Source of the DNA: Desulfosudaceae bacterium
Lineage (GTDB): Bacteria; Desulfobacterota; Desulfobacteria; Desulfobacterales; Desulfosudaceae
Direction of reading: 5' to 3'
Assembly: GCA_963674745.2 (NCBI GenBank)
Contig: CAXXDV010000003.1
Coordinates: 2,400,001-2,464,000, forward strand
Length of the DNA: 64,000 bases
Both the position numbers and the translations under genes were made by a program. Positions 1 through 9,812 of the stretch are shown here, one piece after another (within the stretch, counting starts at the first letter, position 1; each line of letters begins with the position of its first letter). The notes under the pieces were generated by a model. It saw only the letters and a program-made list of their open reading frames with translations. It had not been told where the DNA came from and ran no database searches.

Positions 1-113
1 CCGTCACCCGCCGGCAGATCAAGCACAAGACCATCACGCAGATATTTTTTAAACCAGCTGCCCACATCATCATGGATGTGACGACTCCTGAATAATCGCT
101 TGATCAGACTCAT
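1..113 (-). CDS. 5' part of a probable class I SAM-dependent methyltransferase (runs off window)
   Basis: Manual translation from ATG at 113: MSLIKRLFRSRHIHDDVGSWFKKYLRDGLVLDLPAGDG; VLDLPAGDG resembles SAM-binding motif I. Confidence 0.6.
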   Translation of the reverse strand, partial: MSLIKRLFRSRHIHDDVGSWFKKYLRDGLVLDLPAGD

Positions 114-230
114 CCGGTTTCTTTCTCTCCAGCATTCACTTACAATAAAATAACAAAATAAACGAAAAAACGTGCTTATTATAGGCGGTATGTATAACAA
201 GACTGCAATTGAAGTGTCAATAGGTTAATG

Positions 231-1321
231 GGGACGCCCTTTATATTTTTATATTTAATAATTCAGACAATACAAACCGCTCCTCACAAACGATTCTCTC
301 CCCTTTTCTAACCGCCAGACTCACTGTCGGCACGGCAATTTTAAGGCCGTCAGCGACTTCCGTCATCGACATGCCCAGTTCTCGCACGCTCCAGTAGCAA
401 ACCAGCGCCCGGCCCTTTACGACGATCCTCTCCTTGGACGGCCCGACCAGGGACCGGCCGGGTATCAGGAGCAATTCTGAAACTGCCGCAACGATATCCT
501 TCATCTGAATCCCATTGACGACCATACGGTATCGGTTGTCCATTACTTCCCGGGCGTCTGCCAAAACCGTATTGACGAAATCCCCGTCGCCCAGGATGCG
601 CTCATCGCTCTTTTGAAAGGTACCTGCTTTACGCTGGGAACGGACGGCTGCCCAGCCACCGGCACTGCGCAACAGGCCACCGCCGATAAGCGCCGGTTGT
701 TTGCCCAGTTCCAGGCCTTTAACGACATGTTCCCGATATCGCTTTCGCGCCGTCGCCTGTCGATCACCAAAGTAAGTCAACACCGCTTTTGTGGCCTGCC
801 AGTCATTTTCGTTTTTCCCCAGAATATAACTATGACCGGCAAAACGATATTTATCCAGCGCGGCCATGTCTTTAACCAGCCTGGCTCGCAAAGGATTTAA
901 ATGGATGTATCGTACCAGTTCTTTTAAGTAGACGTCTTCCTGACAAAGAATTGATTTATACCGGTTCTGGAACAAATGTCCGCTTCTGCGATGACGACGG
1001 TTGTGACTGACGGCATAGCCTGTCAGCAAACGCCGCATGACCGAAGAGATCGGCACACTGCCGGTTTTTAACAATAAATGAAAATGGTTGGGAATCAATG
1101 CCCAGGCAAAACATTGGGTCTGAGTTTCTTGAACCAGTTCACCAAGACGCTCTATAAAGTTTTCCCGGTCCTCATCGTCCCGGAAAATTCTGCCGCGCTC
1201 GATTCCTCTGGCAATGATGTGGTGCACCGCACCCGGTGCGTCTATCCTGGCTTGTCTGGGCATATATTATTCGTATCAGACATTGCATCACCTGTAAATA
1301 TAAAAATATAAAGGGCGTCCC
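231..1321. mobile_element. RAYT-like HUH transposase element bounded by perfect 27-bp inverted repeats
   Basis: gggacgccctttatatttttatattta (231-257) is the exact reverse complement of taaatataaaaatataaagggcgtccc (1295-1321); the left repeat overlaps the last codons (NIKI*) of the transposase. Confidence 0.85.
241..1263 (-). CDS. REP-associated tyrosine transposase-like (Y1_Tnp HUH) protein with probable C-terminal HTH
   Basis: MPRQARIDAPGAVHHIIARG start, HUH motif NHFHLLL, HLFQNRYKS and YIHLNP motifs typical of the IS200/RAYT family; C-terminal LGMSMTEVADGLKIAVPTVS is HTH-like. Confidence 0.9.
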   Translation of the reverse strand: MPRQARIDAPGAVHHIIARGIERGRIFRDDEDRENFIERLGELVQETQTQCFAWALIPNHFHLLLKTGSVPISSVMRRLLTGYAVSHNRRHRRSGHLFQNRYKSILCQEDVYLKELVRYIHLNPLRARLVKDMAALDKYRFAGHSYILGKNENDWQATKAVLTYFGDRQATARKRYREHVVKGLELGKQPALIGGGLLRSAGGWAAVRSQRKAGTFQKSDERILGDGDFVNTVLADAREVMDNRYRMVVNGIQMKDIVAAVSELLLIPGRSLVGPSKERIVVKGRALVCYWSVRELGMSMTEVADGLKIAVPTVSLAVRKGERIVCEERFVLSELLNIKI

Positions 1322-1441
1322 TAACTTACCCGGCTTAGCCAGCAAAATTCATATTGAATAATTATTTTCGGTTATGATATTCTTATAATTATCATTGAGA
1401 TCAAAGGGAGCAAAAATAAAAATTATAGGAGTCAGATAAAA

Positions 1442-1645
1442 ATGCCGCAAACAGTCGAAGAAATAACAAAAGCGATCATCAGCCTATCAAAGGAAGATTT
1501 GGCAAGGCTCCGGAGATGGTACGATGAATTTGAAGCAAGACAATGGGATCAGAAATTTGAAGCAGACGCCAAATCCGGAAAGCTGGATCGGTTAGCGGAA
1601 AAGGCGATCAATGACTTTAAATCCGGGCAATGCAGCCAAATATGA
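1442..1645 (+). CDS. Putative antitoxin of a type II TA pair
   Basis: 67 aa, WDQKFEADAKSGKLDRLA motif, AGGAG RBS, ATGA overlap with the downstream toxin. Confidence 0.75.
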   Translation: MPQTVEEITKAIISLSKEDLARLRRWYDEFEARQWDQKFEADAKSGKLDRLAEKAINDFKSGQCSQI

Positions 1646-1899
1646 AACATTTTGCCAACGCAGATTTTTGGGCATGCTATAAAAAATTACCCTTATCCAT
1701 CCAGGAACTCTCCGATAAAAACTTCAAACTCCTGAAAGAAGACTCAAACCATCCTTCGCTGCACCTCAAAAAGGTCAGTCGTTTTTGGTCTGTGAGAATT
1801 GGAATCAAGTACCGAGCACTGGCCGTAGAGATAAACGAAGGGCTCATCTGGTTTTGGATCGGAACTCACGCCGAATACGACAAACTCATATCATCTTAA
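1642..1899 (+). CDS. RelE/ParE-superfamily toxin
   Basis: HPSLHLKKV...WSVRIGIKYRALA...WFWIGTHAEYDKL; likely start ATG 1642 coupled to the antitoxin stop. Confidence 0.8.
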   Translation: MKHFANADFWACYKKLPLSIQELSDKNFKLLKEDSNHPSLHLKKVSRFWSVRIGIKYRALAVEINEGLIWFWIGTHAEYDKLISS

Positions 1900-1991
1900 C
1901 CACGACTTAAGACAACAAAGCCCGTACCCTACTTATTCCCCTACCACACAGGAAAAGAACAAATTTATAGGAAGGGCGCCCCCAAAACGTC

Positions 1992-2339
1992 CTATTTTCC
2001 GTTATAGATTTCTGCAATTTTTTCAACTTCAGGCCGCTCGAAAAGCCTGCCGTTTACATCCATGATCGGGTATTTATACACCATTGTATTTAATCCTGCC
2101 GTTTCCATCCTGGGCAGCACTTCATCAAGGACTTCCTTTTCTTTTATATTCTCATAATAATAAGGGATATCCCGTTCTTCCAGATCGCGTTCCATCTTCT
2201 GGCACCATCCACAGGCAGGGTTTCCGTACAGAATCACATACGGTTCATCATACAACGGTTCCAGCTTATTGCCCGCAAACTGTTGATACCCGAAATAACA
2301 AAGCACAGCCGCTGCTGCTACAAACAAAAGCTTATTCAT
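1992..2339 (-). CDS. Membrane-anchored glutaredoxin-like protein
   Basis: N-terminal hydrophobic segment, CGWC active-site motif, YPIMDVNG; start placed at MNKLL after GGGAG. Confidence 0.75.
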   Translation of the reverse strand: MNKLLFVAAAAVLCYFGYQQFAGNKLEPLYDEPYVILYGNPACGWCQKMERDLEERDIPYYYENIKEKEVLDEVLPRMETAGLNTMVYKYPIMDVNGRLFERPEVEKIAEIYNGK

Positions 2340-2498
2340 GCTCCCCCCCATTCAAAACACTTTTACGTAATATGCAAAATCATAGCTGCTTTCGAAAAAT
2401 ATATGTGAACCGCTCTGGCAGGTTTATCGTTTAAAAAATTTTACGAAAAATCATAAGTGGCAGCAAAGCCATGGAATCATCAGGGGTTGAAAAACATC

Positions 2499-2524
2499 AA
2501 ATATAAAAATATAAAGGGCGTCCC
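2499..2524 (-). repeat. Copy of the RAYT end motif abutting a stop codon
   Basis: aaatataaaaatataaagggcgtccc, identical to 1296-1321, immediately beside the TAG of 2525..3193. Confidence 0.9.
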
Positions 2525-3193
2525 CTATTTGTCCATAGCCTCATTGGCCATACCCAATTTATTGTATAACAATATCAGGTTTTTACGTTTATCGTTGTTT
2601 TCAGGGTCTCTTTTTAAAACATCTTTGTAACACTCAATTGCCAACCCAATATTTCCCATTTTTTCGTATACAGAAGCCAGCACACCATAGCTATTCAAAT
2701 AATCGGGCTCAAATTGAATTGCTTGTTTCAAATGCGCTTCTGATTCTATAAGGTTACCGTTATTATAATAATAGGTTCCCAAGAAATAATGGGCCATTCC
2801 ATTCTTATTATCTAGCCTAATGCTAATCATTAACTCTTCAATTTGTAGTTTCTCTAAATCTTGCATTAAACTCAAATTATCACTAACTTCAACCTCCTTA
2901 TTGTTTTCATTCTTTCCTTTTGAGAAAAAATCATAGAGTTTCAATGCTCTGTTTTTATCGAAAAGCTCTAAATGCTTATAAAAATAAGCAAGGCTTAGAT
3001 TGTAATGAACGATAGCCACCTCAGGATTTATTGTAATTGCCTTTTCATAGACTTCTATCGCACGATCCCATAATCCCTGATGAACAAAATCATTCCCTTG
3101 ATTAAGTAATGCTTCGAACTCATCAGGTGCTGCGTTTAAGCTGGATAGGAAAAAAACAAAAAAGTATAGTATAAAAATACAAAATATTCTCAT
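2525..3193 (-). CDS. Exported TPR protein, putative partner/immunity of orphan CT 3265-3756
   Basis: Signal peptide MRIFCIFILYFFVFFLSSLNA, TPR helices (AIEVYEKAITINP; AHYFLGTYY); lies directly downstream of the orphan CT. Confidence 0.7.
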   Translation of the reverse strand: MRIFCIFILYFFVFFLSSLNAAPDEFEALLNQGNDFVHQGLWDRAIEVYEKAITINPEVAIVHYNLSLAYFYKHLELFDKNRALKLYDFFSKGKNENNKEVEVSDNLSLMQDLEKLQIEELMISIRLDNKNGMAHYFLGTYYYNNGNLIESEAHLKQAIQFEPDYLNSYGVLASVYEKMGNIGLAIECYKDVLKRDPENNDKRKNLILLYNKLGMANEAMDK

Positions 3194-3264
3194 TTCTTTA
3201 CCTCTTTTAAACTTGAAAGAATAACAGAATCCCAAGGATCCAAACAATTATTTAACTTCGTTTA

Positions 3265-3756
3265 TTACTCTAAAGTTAAAGGGTTACAACAATCTTTTCG
3301 ACCTTTAAGTGTTATTTTTTCACATGTTAAATGAGAGCTATGAATATTCTCTTCTCCAGCGGTAACTGTAACATCATGAGGAAATGGCCATGGATCATAA
3401 CAAATAGTTCCAGGTTTTAGAACCCCACATTCTATTTTTCTTTCTTCCTTATAAATTAAATCCATTGCTTCAGCAGAAGAACTTGTATCCGCAGAATACT
3501 TCGTGAAAAATATGATTATGTCAAGACCGTCACCAGGTTGAGCCGTTGGCGTAGAGTCAGCCAAGCCATTGAAATCTTTTGAATTATGTGGGTTATTAGA
3601 CACATATGCATAAGAATTAGTCTTTACTTTGATGACAGAATTAATAATTCTTTGTGTGTAGATCGGATCAACCCTCAGATACCTTCCAACACCCGCATTA
3701 TAGTATCTATGGTAATTATAATGCAACCCCGTCTCTTCATCATAGTATTGGCCCGG
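3265..3756 (-). pseudogene. Orphan Rhs core + C-terminal domain (cassette 1)
   Basis: Frame PGQYYDEETGLHYNYHRYY...RYLRVDP...DFNGL then a unique Cys-rich tail; in-frame TAA at 3796-3798 and no ATG upstream of PGQY. Confidence 0.85.
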
Positions 3757-4160
3757 ATATACTTTGATGCAGGTTACCTCCCGAAGACCTGTTTTTTACC
3801 CCCCTTGTTTTGTTGGTTGTTGGAAATAAAACTGTTCTTTATGGGTTAAAGGGAAAGGGGGTTAAAAGATGCAGAAGCGTATCCATTCTATATGGTCGTT
3901 GGGCAAAAAACCGTCACCCACCAACACAAACAAAACAATTTCTTCTTTTTATATCAAAAATATATCTTGAAATATAAAAATATAAAGGGCGTCCCTAAGT
4001 CCTATATCAGGCCCCGGAGTGGAAATTTGCTCAGAGTGCGTAGAGATCTGCAGTGAAATCGTTCAAGACCACAGGGAACCTAAACCGTAACATGTGGCTG
4101 TCGTGCAAGAAAACCGTCACCCACTAACACACAAGAAACGCATAAAAGCATAGACGTCCA
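3757..4160 (-). repeat. Cassette leader copy 1 (mosaic, includes RAYT end motif at 3970-3995 and second-type end at 4133-4159)
   Basis: Shares gacctgttttttaccccccttgttttgttgg, ggtcgttgggcaaaaaaccgtcaccca and aagaaacgcataaaagcatagacgtcc with the other leader copies. Confidence 0.85.
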
Positions 4161-5495
4161 CTATTCGTTCCCCAACTTGTTGGCTTGGTCCGACCCCGGT
4201 TCCGGTTGGTAATCTCGGACTGGCCAAACATATTGTTCCTCATTAATTTCGACTACATTGCTTTCCCCTCCAAACATCCTTACGGTCCATGCTTCCAATC
4301 TTATGCCTCCCCCATTTATTGGTTTTAAAAATCTAAAGGACGTGCTTGTCCAGTAACTGCCATCGGGTTCTAATAGAAATGGATCACCTGCTGACCATTT
4401 AGAGGTTCCAGATGTATCGGAAAGACAAGGTGAGTGATATGCCATGTTTCTCAAACTTTCCAGTTCAAAAAGATTCGGGAGCCTCCAATCCCCAGTTTTC
4501 GATTGATCTGTCAAGCCGCACTGACCGCTCTGAAGCGATTTACAAAAATCGACAGCTTCATTCCATGGAGCTGGCCCTGTTTCACCTTTTGCAGATCGAT
4601 AGTTGGCTCTTTTTAACCATACCAACCCTGTCAAATTATCAGTTACTGTGCCATTTGAGTTATCCGTAAACCGAGGAAACGGCAATCCCATGCCCTTCTT
4701 TTCATCCCCATCATCACCAGTTCTGTATTTGATTTTCTGCCCTGTCCGCTGAATGGATATAATTGAAGCGATATTGGATTCTTTATCACGAACAGGCCAA
4801 GCTAGACGATGAATACCTTTGTCGAGTGCATTTACGCTTCCTTTAGATATAAAAACATCCCAAGCGCAAGATGGGTCATGCGAACTTGTAGTGCTTGACC
4901 AATAGCCACCAGATAATAGAAAAAACGGATCGCCTTTTTGCCATTGAGAAGTTCCAGACGTATCGGAAAGACTAGGGTCGAGATATGCCATATCCCGCAA
5001 ACTCTCCAATTCAAAAAGATTCGGGAGCCTCCAATCCCCAGCTTTCGATTGATCTGTCAAGCCGCACTGATTGCTCTGAAGGGATTTACAAAAATCGACA
5101 GCCTCATTCCATGTCACCCGGCCTTTTTCACCTGTTGTAGATCGATAGTTAGCCTCTTTCAACCAAACCAACCCGGTTAAAATATCTGTAATGGTTCCAT
5201 TTGAATTGTCTGTAAATCGGGGGGAAGGCCATACAATACCTTTTTTTTCATCCCCATCATCACCAGTTCTGTATTTGATTTTCTGCCCTGTCCTTTGAAT
5301 GGATCTGATTAAAGCAACATTGGACTTCTTTTTAAGATTACTATCTAAAGATTGAATATTGACTGAGTATAGCTGTTTAGAGATTGCGAACCCCGTCAAA
5401 TCATTCCAGGCGGCCCAAATTACGATTGTTAAGGCAATAACCAACATAGATCTCTTTAACAAAAAAGAGAAAGCTTTTTGAAACATTTTCGACAA
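4161..5495 (-). CDS. Membrane-anchored tandem DUF1566 (Lcl C-terminal-like) protein, partner of orphan CT 5519-6175
   Basis: Two RFTDNSNGT..D.LTGLVW...DWRLPNLFELESL...YW.ST...WPVRD domains; 546-bp DNA repeat (4405-4762 vs 4951-5308); N-terminal TM. Confidence 0.85.
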   Translation of the reverse strand: MSKMFQKAFSFLLKRSMLVIALTIVIWAAWNDLTGFAISKQLYSVNIQSLDSNLKKKSNVALIRSIQRTGQKIKYRTGDDGDEKKGIVWPSPRFTDNSNGTITDILTGLVWLKEANYRSTTGEKGRVTWNEAVDFCKSLQSNQCGLTDQSKAGDWRLPNLFELESLRDMAYLDPSLSDTSGTSQWQKGDPFFLLSGGYWSSTTSSHDPSCAWDVFISKGSVNALDKGIHRLAWPVRDKESNIASIISIQRTGQKIKYRTGDDGDEKKGMGLPFPRFTDNSNGTVTDNLTGLVWLKRANYRSAKGETGPAPWNEAVDFCKSLQSGQCGLTDQSKTGDWRLPNLFELESLRNMAYHSPCLSDTSGTSKWSAGDPFLLEPDGSYWTSTSFRFLKPINGGGIRLEAWTVRMFGGESNVVEINEEQYVWPVRDYQPEPGSDQANKLGNE

Positions 5496-5518
5496 TTGAT
5501 TCTCTATGCTCCTGTTGT

Positions 5519-6175
5519 CTATTTACAAGATATATGTTCTTCTTCTCCACAATAGGGCGACAAAAATGTTTTCTGCATCCATTTACCACCACCCCCCATA
5601 CATTCAAATCTTACAGTTACCCCTTCATCTTTGCAACACCCTGTTTGGCAAATTGTATTGGCCTGCTTTATAGCTTTACCCCATAAATCCTCAGCCCCCT
5701 CACCTACATCAACCTCATTATTTGGAAGCTCTACATCTGGGATCGGGGTCTCTACGGTTGTATAGTGTTCCGCATTGCATCCATAGGAAGTGGCGGCAGA
5801 GCATGAATCATTATATACTGTCACGGGAATGTTCGATTGGTCTAACTTTACTTTATCGTCCTGGATTCCTGGATCAGCCACATCCAAGTTGCGGATTCCG
5901 TGACCAAAAAATATTATAACATTACATTTCTCAACCCTAATATAATGAGAACCATCGGCATTCTCATACACACCATATCCTTCACCTGTAGTGCCTTCGC
6001 CCAAAAATCCTGCAGGGTCACTAATGATATTGGGATTATTAAACGCATATAAAAAAAGATTAATCCCTCCATTAAACCCAATCGGATCAACCCGCAAATA
6101 CCTCCCCGTCTTCGGATCATAATACCGCCACATATTATAATGCAGCCCCGTCTCACTATCAAAGTACTGGCCCGG
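5519..6175 (-). pseudogene. Orphan Rhs core + C-terminal domain (cassette 2)
   Basis: PGQYFDSETGLHYNMWRYYDPKTGRYLRVDPIG...NNPNIISDPAGF then a unique Cys-containing tail. Confidence 0.85.
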
Positions 6176-6385
6176 ATATATTCTGATGCGCCTCCCCCCC
6201 GAAAGACCTGTTTTTTACCCCCCTTGTTTTGTTGGCCCCCGGATGAACTTCTTTTTAAAGATATGACAATTTACCATATGGTCGTTGGGCAAAAAAACCG
6301 TCACCCACTAACACACAAAAAAAAAGAAAACGATATAAAAAGAGGTGCTTAACATCGGATAAGTTAATAAGTTAAGGGCGTCTCC
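6176..6385 (-). repeat. Cassette leader copy 2
   Basis: Near-identical to 11408-11506 and 9813-9920; degenerate end motif aagggcgtctcc overlaps the stop region of 6372..7136. Confidence 0.85.
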
Positions 6386-7136
6386 TATTCGTCTCCTGTA
6401 ACTTTTTATTGATCAAATCAAAATATAGCTCGGGAACAGATTCACCTTGGTCCTTGGCTTTTGTTAAATAATTCAATGCTTCTTTATAATCCCCAACATG
6501 ATAAGAACAAACACCCAAATCAAATAAAAAAAAGCTTGAGGATTTACCCCACTTAATCAATTCTTTTAACTCATGCCTTGCATTGATGTAGTCATTATTT
6601 TTTTTATATATCTTTAATAACTTCTCACGCAATACGGTATCAGAAGGATTTATTAGTAAATATTTTTTACAAAATTCTTTTAACTCTTCCTGAGTCATAT
6701 TTGCTTTTAATGATTCTAAATCCTTTTTAGGAAATACGAACACTTCCGTATCACTTCTCATCGTTGAAAGCAACTCATATTGTTTTATACCCTCTGAAAC
6801 ACCTTTTGCCTTAAACACAGCATACATTAAATTATAGTTTAATAAATAGTTATTAGGTTCTATCTTTAGTCCCTCCTCATATATCTTAATAGCATTAACA
6901 AGATCTCCAAGTTTTCTTTCATACAGATTTCCTATTTTAATATATAAATCTATTTTCGTGGGTTTGTATTTTAATGCGTTATTATATTCAAATATTGCTT
7001 CTACAAACCTCTTTTCTTCTTCTAATCGACTTCCTTTCTCAATATACGTCCATTCATCTACATAAGTGTAAGCTTTAGTGCTCGACACAAAAAATACTAA
7101 ACACATTATACTCATTATTAAATATCGTTTTGTCAT
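6372..7136 (-). CDS. Exported TPR protein, partner of truncated cassette 3
   Basis: Signal peptide MTKRYLIMSIMCLVFFVSSTKA; TPR motifs AIKIYEEGLKIEP and LGVCSYHVGDYKEALNYL. Confidence 0.75.
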   Translation of the reverse strand: MTKRYLIMSIMCLVFFVSSTKAYTYVDEWTYIEKGSRLEEEKRFVEAIFEYNNALKYKPTKIDLYIKIGNLYERKLGDLVNAIKIYEEGLKIEPNNYLLNYNLMYAVFKAKGVSEGIKQYELLSTMRSDTEVFVFPKKDLESLKANMTQEELKEFCKKYLLINPSDTVLREKLLKIYKKNNDYINARHELKELIKWGKSSSFFLFDLGVCSYHVGDYKEALNYLTKAKDQGESVPELYFDLINKKLQETNRRRP

Positions 7137-7172
7137 GATAATCTCTCTTTAATAATTATTCTCGCCTTATCA

Positions 7173-7360
7173 TTAAAATGGTATATTATGCTCTTTTTTA
7201 TATTCTTCCGTCACAGGTGGCAATGGATCTAGCACAAGTGTTTCATACTTTTTTTCTGTATTGGCTGTTACAGGATATTCTGTCCCTTTAATTTTTGTGC
7301 ACGATTCTTGAGGCAAGGCAAGATGGCTCAAACATGTTTCCACCCAGCATTCGAATAAAG
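7173..7360 (-). pseudogene. 3' remnant of a probable orphan Rhs CT cut by IS66 (cassette 3)
   Basis: Open frame from the IS end: LFECWVETCLSHLALPQESCTKIKG...KKEHNIPF*, ending 36 bp before the TPR gene; position matches the other cassettes. Confidence 0.6.
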
Positions 7361-7386
7361 GTAAGCGTCAAGTTAACCCCACCCCA

Positions 7387-8979
7387 TCAGGTCGGGGAAC
7401 TCAGAGCGGCTGGATCGAGGTTTTGCGGCAGTAGTTTCTTGTATTCTTCCGGATCACCGTCGATCAGTGGAAGCTGCTCAAAGATATATCGCAAGTACGC
7501 ATAAGGTTCCAGCCCGTTCGCCTTGGCCGTTTCGATCAGGCTGAAGATGGCGGCGCTGGCGGCCGCACCCCGGGGATGCCCGGAAAATAACCAGTTCTTT
7601 CGTCCCAAAACAAAGGGCCGAATGGCGTTCTCCACCAGGTTGTTATCGGGTCGCAGACGTCCGTCCTGAACATAGCCGGTCAGCCGGTCCCATTGGTCCA
7701 GAGTGTAATTGATGGCTTTTCCCAGCAGTCCTTGAGGCGGTGTCTGTTGACTGCGTTTGTCCAGCCACTTTTTAAAAGATTCCAAGATTGGCAAGACCTC
7801 AGCCTGTCGAAGCTCGCGCCGTTGATCCGGGGAAAGTTCCGCTTTATCGGCTCGGCTTTCCACTTGGTACAGTTTGCCGATGAAACTCATGGCCTTTTCC
7901 GCGCTGCCGGGTTTCTGCGGCTTCCCTTTTTTTACCGGCTGACGGGCCTTAATCACTTCATGAAACTTACGGCGTGCGTGCGCCCAGCAGCCGATGTGAA
8001 TAATATTGGAGGCTTGCTCCAGGCTGTTATAACCTTTATAACCATCAGTCTGGATATAGCCCTCGTAGCCGTTTATGAAATTCTTAGGAACCTCTCCGGA
8101 TCGCGTGGGGTGATATTGATAGATCAGCGCCGGTTTATCCGGATCACCTCCGCGGAAAACCCACATATAGGATTTGCTGGTATTATTCCGGCCGGGCTCA
8201 TTCAAAACCTGAACCGTGGTTTCATCCATGCCGATCAATGGACCGGATCGGATCTCTTGGCATAGGCCGTCAATCAAGGGCTGACACCTTTTTGCCGCCT
8301 GAATGGTCCAGTTGGCCATGGTAGCCCGGGGAAGATCGACCCCGATCCGGGTAAACTGCTTTTCCTGGCGGTAAAACGGCAGGCTGTCGGCAAACTTGGC
8401 TGTCAGGATATGGGCTATCAGGCCCGGTGTGGCGATGCTTTGCGGAATAAGTTGCGGCGGTAGCGGCGCTGTCTTGACTGCTCCTTGTTCGGATTCTACG
8501 CCTTCACATTGTTTGCAAGCGTATTTGTATCGAATATGGCGAATAACCTGTACTTTGGCCGGAATAACATCCAGTTTCTCGGAAATGTCTTTGCCGATAC
8601 GGCTCATTTCACAGCCGCAGGCGCACATCTTTTCTTCTTCCGGAATATCGTGAATAACGTCTATGCGCGGCAGGTCATCAGGCAGGGGCTTGCGACCGCC
8701 TTTTTTCCTGGAATGCCCGGTAACCGCTATCTTTTCTTCTTTTTCGTCGGCATCTTCAGCAATATCCTCGGCCTCGTCAAACAGGGTCATCTGCTTGTCA
8801 TCGGTGTCAATTATGTGCTTTTCTGATTTTTTGCCGAACAGCTTGGCTCTTAGAAGACGATTCTGTTTTTCTAAATGCTCAATACGGGTATGCTGAAATT
8901 GAATCAATTCATTGTCTGACTGAATGACTTTATTGAGATCTTTTATGGTATTCTGAAGTTGTGCAGACTCACTGTTCAT
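7387..8979 (-). CDS. tnpC: IS66 DDE transposase TnpC
   Basis: Coiled coil, CACG...CKQC zinc finger, DETTVQV, QTDGYKGY, CWAHARRKF, DNNLVENAIRP, ETAKANGLEPYAYL. Confidence 0.95.
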   Translation of the reverse strand: MNSESAQLQNTIKDLNKVIQSDNELIQFQHTRIEHLEKQNRLLRAKLFGKKSEKHIIDTDDKQMTLFDEAEDIAEDADEKEEKIAVTGHSRKKGGRKPLPDDLPRIDVIHDIPEEEKMCACGCEMSRIGKDISEKLDVIPAKVQVIRHIRYKYACKQCEGVESEQGAVKTAPLPPQLIPQSIATPGLIAHILTAKFADSLPFYRQEKQFTRIGVDLPRATMANWTIQAAKRCQPLIDGLCQEIRSGPLIGMDETTVQVLNEPGRNNTSKSYMWVFRGGDPDKPALIYQYHPTRSGEVPKNFINGYEGYIQTDGYKGYNSLEQASNIIHIGCWAHARRKFHEVIKARQPVKKGKPQKPGSAEKAMSFIGKLYQVESRADKAELSPDQRRELRQAEVLPILESFKKWLDKRSQQTPPQGLLGKAINYTLDQWDRLTGYVQDGRLRPDNNLVENAIRPFVLGRKNWLFSGHPRGAAASAAIFSLIETAKANGLEPYAYLRYIFEQLPLIDGDPEEYKKLLPQNLDPAALSSPT

Positions 8980-9047
8980 AATGGTTTACATAACAAAACC
9001 ATCATGCAATGTCAAGCCTGTTTTATGATTATGTAGTAATTTTTTAC

Positions 9048-9401
9048 TTAAATGACTGTGGAATATTGAAGCCTATCATGTCCCCGAACCTGGGTAATCT
9101 CAAGTCCGTCCAGCAACCACCCCAAACGCCGGGAACCGATCTCCATAACCTCATCATACGACTCTGGCCAGCGAAATTTTTCTTTCTCCAGACGCTTGTG
9201 CCATAGACAAAAACCGTTCCGATGCCAGTATAATATTTTGAGGATCGTTCGACGCCGATTGCAAAAAACAAATAAATGGCCGGAAAACGGGTCAAGTTCA
9301 ATCTGGCCTTCCACCATAATGGACAGGCCATTGATGGATTTTCTCATATCCGTATGACCCATCACCAGAAAAGCCCGCGTTTGGCTGGGAAAGAACATCA
9401 T
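9048..9401 (-). CDS. tnpB: IS66 accessory protein TnpB
   Basis: TDMRKSINGL...LFVFCNRRR..LKILYW..NGFCLWHKRLEKEKFRWP. Confidence 0.95.
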   Translation of the reverse strand: MMFFPSQTRAFLVMGHTDMRKSINGLSIMVEGQIELDPFSGHLFVFCNRRRTILKILYWHRNGFCLWHKRLEKEKFRWPESYDEVMEIGSRRLGWLLDGLEITQVRGHDRLQYSTVI

Positions 9402-9727
9402 CGCCGGTCCACTACTTCCAGAACCTGCTCCAGAACCAACGGCTGAAATCCTTCGGATACTTCTATCCGGTATCGGTTATTAACGACCAGGCTTAACGGT
9501 GCGGACGGCATGGCTTGCGGCAAGGAAATCGGAACCAGGGAGACATCTGATGAAACCGGTTGTTCGAACTTTTTCTTCCAGTACACAAATTGCCATTTAG
9601 ACAAATTGTTTTTTCGCTGATATTCCGTCTGGCTCAGGCCACTGGCCCGCCACATCTGAATATGCCGTTCCCAGAACCGTCGTTTCTCCGCTCGTTCCTG
9701 TTCGCGGTTAATTTTCTTGTTTTTCAT
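9398..9727 (-). CDS. tnpA: IS66 accessory protein TnpA
   Basis: W..HIQMWRASGLSQTEY...QFVYWKKK HTH; ATGA-type overlap with tnpB. Confidence 0.9.
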   Translation of the reverse strand: MKNKKINREQERAEKRRFWERHIQMWRASGLSQTEYQRKNNLSKWQFVYWKKKFEQPVSSDVSLVPISLPQAMPSAPLSLVVNNRYRIEVSEGFQPLVLEQVLEVVDRR

Positions 9728-9812
9728 AATAGCGCCTTTCCGAATTAAATTTTTGGCGCTATCTTGACACGGTCCGCCCGGCTTGTGAAGATGGGGTTAA
9801 TTTGACGCTTAC

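Larger units (their letters stand above)
7361..9812 (-). mobile_element. IS66-family insertion sequence
   Basis: TIRs gtaagcgtcaagttaacccca (7361) and tggggttaatttgacgcttac (9792-9812), 20/21 match; tnpA-tnpB-tnpC order; no target duplication. Confidence 0.95.

Noticed and set aside
1..9. ccgtcaccc matching the leader hairpin
   Set aside because: A nine-base match inside a coding frame with no flanking similarity.
241..1263. IS605 element with tnpB/omega RNA
   Set aside because: No adjacent tnpB/iscB; the length and C-terminal HTH fit RAYT-like proteins.
4161..5495. Complete diversity-generating retroelement
   Set aside because: No reverse transcriptase or non-coding template repeat is visible; both repeats are in-frame domains and differ by indels.
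9048..9401. RNA-guided TnpB nuclease
   Set aside because: This is the 117-aa IS66 accessory TnpB, unrelated to IS605 TnpB; it has no RuvC motifs.
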